A DNA stretch of 64,000 nucleotides from Camelus dromedarius. Taxonomy: Eukaryota. Shown here in pieces: positions 1 to 12,759 of the stretch. The notes under the pieces are model-generated. The model searched no databases. It had not been told where the DNA came from and saw only the letters and a program-made list of their open reading frames with translations. The translations under genes were made by a program, and so were the position numbers. Numbering within the stretch: the first letter of the stretch is position 1; every line of letters starts with the position of its first letter. The stretch covers positions 108,316,001 through 108,380,000 of the forward strand of contig NC_087437.1 in the NCBI RefSeq assembly GCF_036321535.1, written 5' to 3'.

Positions 1-544
1 TCCTTAAAGAGAAAGTCAAGGCTGATCCAATGGGGAGGAGCATGGGGCAGAAGGAGGGAACAGAACATCAGAGAGAAAGGGAGAAAGAGGGATGACACCA
101 GTTGAAGTTTGGCAGGTTGAGCCTTTTTTTTTCCTCATGACTTTTGAAAATCATCTGCTAGACTGACTTTGGGTTATAATTTATAATTTCAGCAGAAGCC
201 AGAAAATTAGCAGTAACAAGACCATGGCAACCCAATGGATAGTGATTTAAGGTTATAGGAGACCACTCCTTTTATCATCCATGGATCAGTATGTATACTC
301 TAGAGAGAAAGAAAGAATTACTTTTAAGGGCTAAACCCAGTATCTTTCACCAACATAATTCACTGAAAATGTTAAAAAAAAAAATTTTTTTTTCCTTTAA
401 ACTTGTTCTAAACTGACTTGAGATTTGCCATCCGTGGAGCAATTCAGGAAAGATTCTAGTTGCCCTCCTTTCAGGGCTAAATTTCCTAAGCATGACATAC
501 CAGGCAAGACCTAGGCTTGTGTCTTTAAGAGTAAAAGTTGCTTC

Positions 545-1686
545 TAGGTCAGTTTACCAAGGTAATAGAAATAAAAGCAAAAATAAATAAATGGGACCTA
601 ATTAAACTTTTAAACTTTGCACACGGCAAAGGAAACCATAAACAATACAAGAAGACAACCTACAGACTGGGAAAAATATTTGCAAATGGTGCAATTGACA
701 AGGACTTAACTTCTAGAACATACAAACAATTCATACAAATCAATAATAATGACAAAAAGAACTCCAATCAAAAAAAATTGGCAGATGCTCTAAACAGATA
801 TTTTTCCAATGAAGACATACAGATGGCCAATAGGTACATGAAAAGATGCTCGATATTGCTAATTACCAGAGAAATATAAATCAAAACTACAATGAGATAT
901 CACTTCACATTAGTCAGTATGGTCATCATGAAAAAGTCCACAAAAGATAAATGCTGGAGAGGGTGTGGGGAAAAGGGAACCCTCCTACACTGTTGGTGGG
1001 AATGTAATTTGGTTCAGCCATTATGGAAAATAGTATGGGGATTCCTTAACCAACTAAAAATAGATTTAACATGATCCAGCGATCCCACTTCTGGGCATAT
1101 ATCCAGAGAAAGCTCCAATTTGAAAAGATACCTGCACTCCAATGTTCAGAACAGCACTATTTACAATAGTCAAGACATGGGAGCAACCTAAATGTCCATC
1201 AACAGATGAATAGATAAAGAAGTTGTGAGATAGATAGATAGATATACAATGAAATACTACTCAGTCATAAAAAAGAATAAAATAATTCCATTTGCAGCAA
1301 CATGGATGGACCTACAGATTATTATACTAAGCCAGACAGAAAAAGACAGATATCATATGATATCATATGTGGAATCTTAAAAAAAGACAGAAATGAACTT
1401 ATTCACAACACAGAAACAGACTCACAGACCCAGAAAAGCAACTTATGGTTACCAAAGGGAAAAGGGGGTTGATAAATTAGAAGTGGGATTAGCAGATACA
1501 AACTACTATATATAAAATAGGTAAATAAGGAATTACTGTGAAGCAAGAGGATCTATATTTAATATCTTGTAATAACCTAAAACAAAAATGAATATAAAAT
1601 ATATATATGTATGACTGAATCACTATGTTGTACACCAGAAACTAAGACAACATTGTAAATTGAATATACTTCAATAGGAAAAAAAA
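545..1686 (+). mobile_element. 5'-truncated LINE-1 (ORF2 C-terminus + 3'UTR + poly-A), cetartiodactyl type
   Basis: ORFs 538-879 and 892-1074 translate to L1 ORF2 C-terminal motifs ([29 protein letters not shown]). L1 3'UTR ends in an A-tail. TSD AAGAGTAA(A)AGTTGCTTC at 527-544 and 1687-1703; TT/AAGA target site. Confidence 0.95.
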
Positions 1687-2501
1687 AAGAGTAAAGTTGC
1701 TTCAATCCTGGGACAGTTGCCTTTTTTCAGTCATCAGTTTTACTTTTTTGTTTCACCTCTGCACGATAATGTCTATGTGGTTGGAGGGGAGAGAGTTAGA
1801 GGTAATTAGCAATATTGAGCACCTTTTCTGAAATATTATGGTCTCCTAACTATGATTCTGTCACTTGAAGAAAATACTGACAGTAGAGAGTAGAGTCAAA
1901 AAAAAATAAATAAATAAACTAAGCTCTTGCCTGGTGTTCAAACCTATGATTTCATATGAACATTACAATGATTATTCTCTACTAAGATAAAGACCCAAGC
2001 TGGTGAATGGCTTAATAACTTCCAGCAACTATGTGAAATTGTTCTGTTAAAGTCGATGACCTGTGGTTCTCTGTCTCTTCTGAAGACGGGATGAAAATAG
2101 AGAGGCTCGGACTACGCTGCTTTACAGAAGAGATATAATTTAGATATTCAGGATTTCCTAATTACAGTTGGTCATTATAAAGAAAATTGATTTCTAAAAA
2201 AGATTGCTATTGTTCTCTTAGGAAGAAGGTATCATTTTGGTTTGGGACCAGTCACCCTTAGAGAAAGAAAAATATTATTCTCAGATTGGGGTCTTCCACA
2301 TTAGCAGCTAGCATGCTTCATCAGACACAAGCCTATGACACTAAAATTTGCCTCTGTTCTGTTAAGAGCAATAGGCTTTTCTTCCAGTTGTTTGTATGGG
2401 ATAGAACTGAATTCCCCACATTTATTTCAGAGTCAGAAAGCAAAAAAGCATACTTTGACATTTGTTAAATAATGTATGTAATAATATCCAGTAAAACTCA
2501 C

Positions 2502-2900
2502 AGGTTACGCTAACCGTCATGGGTTAACTGTCCTCTGAGATTATGCTAACAACTAGTCTTCCCATCAGAATTCATGCCAAAGCACACTCCTGAGCCAGAA
2601 CGTCTTCTCTGTCCTTGATCAGCCACTCCCTCTCCTCTCACTGCCCTTCCTCATCCACAGCCAGCTGTGTGTTTGCACTGCCGGTCAGCCAATCAGCAAA
2701 GGAACAGGGAGGCTTTACAAGAGCCTCTGAGTGTCTGGGAAATGCATCCATCACCTCATTGCAGAGAGCCCCTTCCTACCTCATTTGGTGGGGGAGAGCA
2801 AGGATCCTGGAGTTCTCCCTTCCCATCAGTCACAAATCATTTCATCACATGTGCTTTGGATAAAGCTATAAAATCAGACATTCACTCAAGAGAAAAGGTG
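2502..2900. promoter_or_regulatory. Candidate promoter/exon block (NF-Y CCAAT box, FOX motif, E-box, splice-like sites)
   Basis: Non-repetitive, locally GC-richer. CAGCCAATCAGC at 2686-2697, TGTTTGC at 2670-2676, CAGCTG at 2662-2667, TATAAAA at 2867-2873. Minus-strand donor ACCT|GTGAGT at 2502/2501. Motif matches only. Confidence 0.3.
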
Positions 2901-3651
2901 TAGGCATTAACTCTGGGCTGGTTTCCGGTGGTATATACTCAGCTTTTTGCCTCATTTCCTCTAGTGCTCTGTCATAGAATTTAAAGGATTTCTAAAGACA
3001 ATAAAGCTGAAAGCAATGGAAAGAAACTTGGCCAGAAAAAGAAGAGAAAATAAGCCTTCAATATTAAAATCCTTTAAAAGGGGATGAAAGAATTACATTA
3101 AATGGCAATTATAATACAGTAAGGAAATGACTCCAGGGCTGGTAAGCTCATCATACTTCGGGGATGGGGGAGAGAAAATTCCACCATGAGCAGGAAAAGG
3201 CAAAGCTTTGGAGCCAGAACATAGCCACCGAGTCATTTGTGTCTGGGGGAAGCCACTAGGGCAAAAGTCACTGAGGTCAAGGTCTGTGGGAAGACCATCA
3301 GTGAGACTTCTCGTTCATCTTCAGTGGTCCTTCCTTTCCAGCACTACCCAATTCACAAGGAGCTGACCGTCATTATGGGGACCTAGGAACATACTCAATG
3401 GCTTTCATGAACCTCACCAGGACTTCTCTATTGGGGTGCTAAGCAATGTTAACAATGGAAAAAAGAGTCACCATCTTCGGTTACTTGTTCAGGGTTAATC
3501 ACAACTGAGTTAATACAGTCTCAATTATCATTACTCAAATGTCACCTGAATCAAACCAACCAAGTCCAACAAAAAGTTAATCACTCTTTACATGAATTAT
3601 AGCTCTACCATGTAGATAGCTTTTTATCATGTTGATCACAAGTCCTTTAAG

Positions 3652-3730
3652 TCTTTCCTTCCTCTCTTTTCCTTTCCTTTCTCTCTCAATCTTTCTCTTC
3701 TTTTTTTTTCACTCTTTCTTTCTTTGCTAT
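3652..3730. repeat. CT-rich low-complexity tract
   Basis: Nearly pure pyrimidine run (ctttccttcctctcttttcctttcc...). Confidence 0.8.
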
Positions 3731-3743
3731 TCTGTCCCTCCAA

Positions 3744-3812
3744 CTATGAATTGAATTATGAATTCTAAATTATGAATTCTAAAATTGATAATAAATTCTA
3801 AATTATGAATCT
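3744..3812. repeat. Short degenerate tandem repeat, ~14-bp unit AAATTATGAATTCT
   Basis: aattatgaattct occurs twice in tandem, with two further degenerate copies. Confidence 0.7.
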
Positions 3813-3949
3813 CTTAAGAGAAAAGTAATTGTATCATCTATAATTGTGTTACATCACAAGATTCTGAGAAATATTTATTGAACCAAACAAAACTGAAGGT
3901 TGTCAGAGTCACTCTGAAGATGAGAAAGATAATAAGGGAGGGGGAGGAT

Positions 3950-4085
3950 ACGGTTCCTTATCTGTAAAACGTACATAATAGCCATCTCTTAGAGTTAACG
4001 GATGAATTCTGATGCCATGTCATACATGTCTGATATTTGCCACAGCCTCAGTTAAGAAATTGTTCATCTATTACTATCATTACCG
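3950..4085 (+). mobile_element. MIR SINE remnant
   Basis: MIR core-like gttccttatctgtaaaac...ataatag and tail tattactatcat. Confidence 0.55.
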
Positions 4086-6249
4086 GTTATGGCATTATTT
4101 TTATTACTTTTAACAATGATATTATGTGTGTTATTGAGTTCATAGGCGGCCTCGTGGTGACTTCAGCTGCTGTGGAATTGAAGTGACTGCCCTTGTCTCC
4201 AAATAGAGTATTGATGGTGCTAGGAAAGGCTTTACCACCATCCACCACACCTCTTTTCCATGTTTGTACTTTTCCAAGTATATTCTTGGTTATTCTTTCT
4301 CTGACTTTTACGCCTTATCATTTTTTTCAAGTTTTCTTAAGGGGACTTCTCTTATTCTAATGATTTTCATATTAAATTTCTATATCTGGTTTTAACGTGA
4401 AACCAGTTTGCAAACCAGAATAAAGAACATGCGAGAAAAGGAAGCTGATACTGGAGTGGCTGTTAGATGAATTTTTTTTTTTTCAATGTGGGAACTCCAC
4501 AGATTTGTGGTAAATGGGACAAATGATTCTAGTCTATTTTGTGTCAGGTAAATTCATTCAGTTCCCTTGAGAGATAGATTTAGTTTTTGGATGTTTCTCC
4601 TTTTAATTAATAATAAACTCTCATTCAAATAATGAGAGAAAAGCAAGAAACGGAAGAAAAGAACCTTCAATCTGCGATGCAAAACTGTTTTAGACAATAA
4701 TTATTGCCACATTTTTTGTATTATTGTGAAAGTAAAATATCAGACCAACATTTAGACTGTTTTATGAAAAGAAAAAAGGAATATCATTTTGTTCCTGATA
4801 ATTGGCATTTAAACTTCTACATATTATAAGAGATAGCACTCATCTATTTACCACAATGTTCTGTTTGAAACAGATTGTTTTAATATTTTAATAGATAATC
4901 AAACTACAGGCAGTTGGATATTCTGATTTCTCTCCAGAGGATTAGAGCTTACATTTACATTTTAGAATCATTAATTTTTAGGTAGTATTTAATTAAAGCT
5001 TTGAAAACATATGAAATTACTTTGAGAAAAAATAGAAATGCAAAGATATTATTTCATTATAATCGTTTTTAGCTGTCAATCATAGGAAAAAATGATATGG
5101 AATCAGACCAAATAATTGGTGATCAATTTCATCATCAAAAAGAGATAAACAACTATGGAAACCATAGGGTAATAAAGGTATTAAAGTAAAATTGGGGGAA
5201 GGATCAAGTAGAGGGCACTGGTCTACACCCCTAAAAATGTTAGAAGTCATTTAAGACCCTGTATACTTTGCTGAAGACAACGGTCACTGTTTTACCACTT
5301 ATATATTTCTGTGTATGTGCCTAGAATAAAAAAAAAAGAGAAATTTTTATTTTGCCTTTTCTTCAAAAATAGCTAAATTTGAAAGTAGGTTTATAGTTTA
5401 CTAACACATATTCTAGTTCAAATGGCCAAATGCAACGACATAACTTCATGACCCTACTCTCTGATTTTCTGACATCCTTCTCAGGCTGGTTTCTTCCAGA
5501 TCAACATTCTCAACCTCAGAGTAATTCCGAAAGAAGGTCAACATTCTCCATTTAAATGCCAATAAATTTTATTTCTCTGCATAACAAAACAGAACAAAAA
5601 TGTCCCTAAATACACATATGTAAGAATTTCAAATTTGATGGAAATGTTAAAGAGACAAGGCCAATAAATCGTAAAAGCTTTTACTGTTTTGACACATTTT
5701 TTTTCTTTCTTAGATCTTTTGATACTGATTTTATTTTGTATGAGAAGACAGTGTAATTTTTTTACTAGTAAAAATAGTGGTAAAAAACAGTGGTTGTAGA
5801 AAAGATAGCGTATTCAGGTATAATATGTCATGGTTCAACTGAGAATTGGTGAGATTATCTAGGAAACATAGCCATGAAGCCTTTGGGAGCCAGGCAAAGA
5901 GCAAAGAGAAACACAGAGCAATGCGGAGAATGTAGTTTTGACTGTACCTCCATCCAACTGAATACATTTTATTCAGGTCTTTTAAATCTTTAGGTCTCAG
6001 CTCCATTTGTAAAATGTGGGTTAATAAGTTAAAAGGCTAACTCTAATTATCTACAGACTTAGGGCACTTATCATGCAAAGCTAAGGCTCTATCAAAACTC
6101 TATTCTTGCCTGAAGTCATAAACAATTCCCTGTATGTTCACTTAGTAGATACCATGTTGTCGTGGCTGGGGTAATTTTTTGGATCATAATTCTCATCTCT
6201 TCTTTTCAACTTCATAGAACCTAGTCAAAGAAGGGTAGCTTCTCAAACC

Positions 6250-6695
6250 ATGTTTATTTCATTCAGAAATCTATATTTGGGCAATGCATGGAGGTAATAA
6301 CTTGTCTCTGCTCCACTCAGAATGAACTGGGATGGCTTCAAAGCTGGAGTCGAGAATCATCTGAAGGTTTGCTCACCCACATGTCAGACAGTTTGTACTG
6401 GCTGTCTGTTGAGATCTTATCCAGAGCTCTCAGCCAGAAAACCTATGTGTGACTTCTGTGCTTCCTCACAAAATGATGCCTGGGTTTCAGAGTGAAGTGT
6501 TCTGAGAGAGAAAGAGAAAGATAGAGGGAGAAGTAGAGAAAGAAAGAGAGCCGGCAGAAACTTTGAAAGTCATACAATGCTGCATCTACCACATTCTATT
6601 TATCTATCACAGGTGCCACCAAGATTTCTTGGAATAGGAAAAAACTCTCTGTCTTTACCAAGAAGGGCAAAGTTCTGTAAAAGCATATGGGAAAC
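6250..6695 (-). mobile_element. MaLR solo LTR, MLT1H-like
   Basis: Typical MLT1H minus-strand motifs: cttgtctctgctccac, gaatcatctgaaggtttgctcacccacatgtc, cttcctcacaaaatg, gaaagtcatacaatgctgcatctaccacattctatt. Confidence 0.75.
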
Positions 6696-7370
6696 GTGAC
6701 CCGCCACAACTGATTTGCTCAACATGCGTCATTATTCTTCCAAAGAGGCGTTTTGTTCTTGTTGTTACATTCTAACGGAGTTTTATCATGAAGAAGGGAA
6801 TTGATGACTATGAAAAAGAAAGACATAAAGCAATTAGTTAACAATTGTTTAAATCATTAAATATTAATTTATGCTAATTATACACTCTTTCAAATGGTGC
6901 TATTTACTACCTGAATACTCTTAAGGAGAAATTCTTTTTATGAGATGGAAAAATGTAAAACAGTAGGTTTAATCTACAGTTTTCCTTCTGGTGGCAGGGA
7001 GTTGTCCTGATTTCAAATCTCAAATATTATTTTTCCCCTCTCTGCTCTTTCTCTCTCACCTTCTCCTGCTTCTTCTTCCATTCTTGCTTTTGTAAAATAA
7101 TTTTTGCATAACTATCCTTAAGATAATAGTTATATCTCATCACACTCTATACTCATACCGTTTCCTCAGATTTCAAATTAGATCTGAAGCCCAGTATGTG
7201 ACCAGAGGTTGCCAAAGTGCACACAAAGTCTATTTAGGGAAAGAATATTCTGGATAGTAAGAAAACATGGAAAATTCTAAAGGATGAAAAAAAGAATAGA
7301 GTCAGGAGGAAAAGAGAGAGGGGCATGTCTATTTTGGTGTGGGAAGGCAAAGAGTGGACAGATGGAAGGA

Positions 7371-8216
7371 TGTAACAGAAACAGCCAGCTCAGTGAGGAG
7401 GGAACTCAATCTCTCTGGTGGGCATCACTGGTACTTCCTGAAGTGTAGTTTGAAGAGACTTCAAGTAGTCATGTCCAGGTTAGGGTGGGAGAGATAACTA
7501 AATAAATAATTCCAAAAGCCCCTCCTTATCTGCATAGAATAGATAATATAGTCAGGGGTTATAGAAATTTCCATATGCCCAGCAACAAAGCACAGAGAAA
7601 GTTAACAAGCAGAAATATTGAGGAAGTCTGTCTGAGAAAGCCACAATATGCAAAAATGTCACCATGGGTGGCAAATGCCAAGGACTGTGGGCTCCAGTAA
7701 CTGAGACAAGAATGCTGACCACATAGCAAACAGGACCAGTCCTGCTTCACTGGTCATTGGTTCAAGGGAGACACCAGACAAGCCCCTGATTCGCAGAGAC
7801 CAGCAGGATTCAGAGGATACCTTGTAAAATAGAACGCTGCCACCGAGGTTCTCCCTTTCTGAACACACGTGGAGAGGAAGAGGAGAGGCAAAGAAAATCT
7901 GAACTCCCAAGTGCTTGCTCAGAGATGGCTGATGCATCCAAAAGTACTGGAAGGGACTGTGGTACTATGAACTCTAGGTTGTGACTTAGGTTCCCCCAGC
8001 TACTCACAAAGCAGCTGTTAATGAGGATGTTCAAATCAGTTACAGTAAATTAAAATGCTATTTCACCCTTCTGAAAACATAACTGTCTAGTAAATTTGTG
8101 AGCCCTCCCTCCTATAGAATCTTGAAAAGTTGAGTCTTAAAGAAGCAATTGAGCTAATCTGAAAGAAGAGAAGAGGGGATTGGGAGTCATGGGACCTGCT
8201 TTAAGGGCACTGTCAC
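7371..8216. mobile_element. Possible ancient LTR (MamGyp/LTR8x-like)
   Basis: ~850-bp compositionally distinct block beginning TGTAACAG and ending ...CACTGTCAC. No TSD visible; family assignment is tentative. Confidence 0.25.
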
Positions 8217-10315
8217 CTGGCTGTGAAGAAACATGCACAAAATGACCTATTATCCAAAATGGTAAATCAAAATCTTGTACATCCTAGCAAATGTAAAGAA
8301 GTGATCATGTGAATGACACTTAGTGGATTTAGAAGTCACTTTCACAGTATGATGAAGAAGCAGAAGTTGGCACAGGAAGGAGCAGATATTTTAGATGGAA
8401 GGAAAGATCTCAGCAAAAGAGTAGAGAAGGAATTAAGACACTTGGGCAGAAGTCAAAATGCAGTCAAAACTTCTATAAGCTTGTTAAAAGAGGACTAGAA
8501 ATTGGGAACATGTAACGGGAAAGGAAAATAGAATTGTGCCATCATGCCAAGGACCATCACACAAGGCAGCTTTGTGAGACTGATCAGCCTCTATAACCAC
8601 AATAGGGTTACAGCCCAGTTGTGCAACACATTATTTTTTTCACAAAATTTCATGTATATCCCACCATTGTAGAAAGCCCTATGAAAAAGCATCTTGTCTT
8701 CATCTTAGACATACAGTCATAAGAAAAAAATCAAGTCAAGTAGCATCTGACTATGACCATATCAAAATGTCAAGACATGACCCTGATATGTCCCTACCCT
8801 GATTTAAAATCAGTGTTGACCCAATTATAGTAATAACCTTTGTATTTTGAAAAATGCCAGAATCTCTGATGACTATGAAAGAGGTGATTGCTATTATTCC
8901 ATTCCAAAGAAGGCCAGGTAGAGAAGCTTTGCGAGATGGAGAAAATCTGGAAGAGAAATATTTTGGCCCAAATCCAGCTTCCCACTCAAGAGTTTTATAA
9001 TGGCCGATGGTCTCATCCCCAAGAGCTACTATGGCCACATTTAACTTCTGGCCTGAGTCCCAGCACGTCTGCTGTTCTTTGATTTTTCTACTGGTCCACA
9101 AAGATGGAAATTCATGCATGAAAGGATATTTAGAGTAAGTGTGTACAAATATGGGCATCTTCTGTTCACCTAATGCAGGACCAGGTCCATTTCTGAATGC
9201 ATGCTTGTTATTTAACCCCATAAAAAAGTAAGAAACACAAAAGATCTATTGGATCATCTTATCAACTCTTTCTTTTGGTTCCCTTAATAGTCCAAGATGC
9301 TGTCAAATGAAACTAACCACATCAGTGCATTTCCAAGGACTAAGGCAAGGAATGCCTCTGGAATTTACGTAGATGACCAATCAGCCTGCCCGCTCCAAAA
9401 ATCTCTAAGTTCATTATTAGAAACAATGAAAAAATATAATATCCTTGACCATCATATGTCACCTTCCAGTGTGTCTTTCTTCTAGGATTAATAGACATGA
9501 CACTAAATTCAAGGGAAAAAATTTTTTACACATTTATATGGAATGATTCCTTCCCTTGCTATTAATAAACTGGGAGACTCATCCAGCTGAACTCTCTCAT
9601 TGCACGTGTGTGTGTGCCAGGACTAGAGGGAAATCTCAGCATCGTCTACATCTGACAAGCCTCCTGCTAATGAACCCTAACGGGTTTAGCATACATCCTC
9701 CATGGCTGGCTTGCTTGAGATTTGTTCCATCATGGAAAAAAAAAAAGTTCAAGTTTATAGCAGAGCTGGATGTTAGGATTGCTTAAAGTGAAATGGAGTC
9801 TGTTGATCTGCTCAGTGTCATGATCAGTACCCTGGAAATGTTTGGCCAAATCCTTGTACTATTCTTACAAATTAGAAGCCTTTTCTTTCTTTAATAGAAA
9901 GGAAACAGATCATGCAGCAATGTTGAGTAGCAACAGGCTGGTGCATGACAAGAGTCCAGTGGAGTAGCCACACACATACTCTCTTTACTTTAGGGTTGGC
10001 AGACATTGGAAGGTTTGGAATGTACACCAGAAAGAAATTCCTCCCGTCTCATTCCATGGAGCTAGTTCACTGATGGTGAAGCAATGTTAAAACTCTCAGA
10101 ATCCTGGCTCTGAAAAATGCTGAAGTTATCAAAAAACACTCAGAGAATTTCTATTGAATCCAAAATATATAAGCATTTATCCAAGGGTACCCCGTGTCTC
10201 AGTCTTGATGAATAATAGGTAGTTGAAAGTGTTCCTATCCCTAACACGTAATGTTGTGATTCATGGTAAAGCATTTGCAACCTCACAACTACATCTTTGA
10301 GGTATGTTAAGGTCC

Positions 10316-10488
10316 ATTGTGTGTTCTCAACTCTGATTGTGTCACCCAGAGAGCTCTCACTAAACACCAACACCCAGGGCCCTATCCCCAGAGATTCTGA
10401 CTTAGTTGGCCTGGGGTGGAGCCAGGCATTCGGGTTTTTTATAGCTCTCCAGAACATACTAACATGCAGCCAATGTTAAAAACTGATG
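10316..10488. mobile_element. MER5-family hAT-Charlie MITE
   Basis: gttctcaac ... ccccagagattctgacttagttggcctggggtggagccaggcatt ... aacatgcagccaatgttaaaaact. Confidence 0.8.
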
Positions 10489-10694
10489 AGCAAAATCTTA
10501 AAATTAACAAGCTGAATCTGAAATGAATTATAGGTATATTGATAGATTATACTAGTGTGTAACCCTTGGTTAGAAGACTTTTGGAAACTTCTAGAAAAAA
10601 AATATTTTTGCCTAGCAGGACTGCTGGCTCACTACTCTACTTCTGGTCTCCTGTATATCTGAGATTAGGAACTCCTAGGCATAAACGTACATGG

Positions 10695-10930
10695 GAGAGG
10701 CAGCACAGTGTCATGGCTAAGAAGATAGCTTTTATATTCTTGGGTTTGGATTTAGTGGTGTGATCTCGGCCATGCAACTCAGTCCCTCTGTCTCTCAATT
10801 TTCTTCCTCTAAAGTAATGATAATAGCTCCAGCTGAAAGGATGAAATGCCTCTATGAAATGAAAGGATGAAACACTTGCTTTGGTGCCTGTCCCGTGGGT
10901 AGCTCTGCTTAAGTACTGGCTGTTACTACT
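10695..10930 (+). mobile_element. MIR SINE
   Basis: gaggcagcacagtg head, tgtgatctcggc...ctctgtctctcaattttcttc core, tgttactact tail. Confidence 0.7.
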
Positions 10931-11677
10931 CCTAGGCTGTCATTATGCTTAATGGTGAAAACTAATGATGCACAAAAATTCAAATCCAAAGTAGTGAAGT
11001 CATGAACAGGGTTCTAAACATGAAGAGCTGGCTTTTGTTTTCTCTTCACTGTAGGCCTAGCCATTCAATGATCTTTATATATCTTGTGATTCTACACAGA
11101 ACTCAGCCACATAAACAATTTTCTTTTATCAAAAGGGCTACATGGCTTTTTTTTTTGCCAGTATTTGCAAATTTGGGGTCAGTTATAATTGTATGTTTAC
11201 TGACAGCATCGTTGCAATACTATGAAAACTATAGTTTTCAGAACAGTGCTGTATTCCCGAATGTCTTGTGTACTTCTATGGCAGTTATGGTGATATTTAG
11301 AGTGTAAACATTACATAAACCTGAAATTTAAATTTCCATTTGTACAGTAACAGGACTGACATAATGTGGGTCCAAAATACTAGTTTAAAAAGAAATTTTT
11401 CAATTAAAAAAGACTTTTGTGTAAACATGAGCTTCACTTATTTCATGACTTCATTACTTGACAAAATATAATTGGGACAATGTATTGGTCCATGCCATTA
11501 ATACAGCACAGATTTTTTCACTCCACTCACTCTAAGTTAGTGTTTTACTTTTAATCCTGAAGGGAGGTTTTCTCCAATGGATCAGAATAAAGATTTCAGC
11601 CATGTGAGGCAGCAGAAGAAAATCTTCCTCTTCTTGTAAACTCTATATTTGTATAACAGAAACTGAAAAGAACTTTG

Positions 11678-12170
11678 GTTTTTTTTTTTTTATTAAAATT
11701 TACAATGTTGTGTTAGTTTCCAGTGTACAGCAAAGTGATTGTTTTTTTTATATATATATGTATTTTTTTATATATATATACATTCTTTTTCAGATTCTTT
11801 ACCATTATAGGTTATTACAAGGTATTGAATATAGTTCCCTGTGTTATACAGTAGGTCCTGTTGTTTATCTATTTTATATATACTAGTATGTTAATCCCAA
11901 ATTAATCCTAAATTCCTAATTTATCCCTCTGTCCCTTCTCCCTTTGGAAACCATAAGTTTGTTTACTAAATCTGTAAGTCTATTTTTGTCTTGTAGATAA
12001 ATTTATTTGCATCATTTTTTTAGATTCCACATGTAAGTGGTAATATATTGTTCCTGCCTTTCTCTATCTGACTTACTTCACTTAGTATGATAATCTCTGG
12101 ACTCCTCCATGTTGCCACAAATGGCATTATTTGATTCTTTTTATGGCTGAATAGTATTCCATTATATGTA
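11678..12170 (-). mobile_element. 5'-truncated LINE-1 3' end
   Basis: Poly-T, then tttacaatgttgtgttagtttccagtgtacagcaaagtg and ttcacttagtatgataatctc...tttttatggctgaatagtattccatt. Reverse complement of the L1 3' region at 1240-1680. Grades into TA/CA repeats at 12165-12305. Confidence 0.9.
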
Positions 12171-12379
12171 TACATGTATTTATATTTATATATATTTATA
12201 TTTACTTTTACATGTATATATATTTATAAACAGACACTATACATGTATATTAGTGTATATATACACATCTGTATATGTAAACACACAAACACAAACACAC
12301 ACACAGGTTTATAATAATTTGCAATGCAAGATAAAACAATGAGCAAAACATAAAATTTCCCCGGGACAAAAAGCAACAA

Positions 12380-12704
12380 ATTACATATATTATTATATTA
12401 CATACAAGAATTTAGTATATGATAAAATGGTACTTCAAACCACTGGGAAGCATGAATTATCTGACAGATCTGATCTTGTAAAATTGAATAGTTTTATTTA
12501 GGAAAAAATTATTAGATTTACATGTCTTACTATGCAATCAAGTACATGTAAATTTTTTTAAACTTACTTAGGAGAATTTATATATTTATGTGATCTGTTC
12601 ACAGACTAGGTTATTCCTGAAGAAGGAAGGGAGGAAGGAAAGAAAGAGAGAAAGAGAGAAAGAGAGAAAGAGAGAAAGAGAGAAAGAGAGAAAGAGAGAA
12701 AGAG

Positions 12705-12759
<55 letters not shown>

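Noticed and set aside
538..1074. ORFs of 113 and 60 aa as host genes
   Set aside because: Broken L1 ORF2 fragments inside a TSD-bounded L1.
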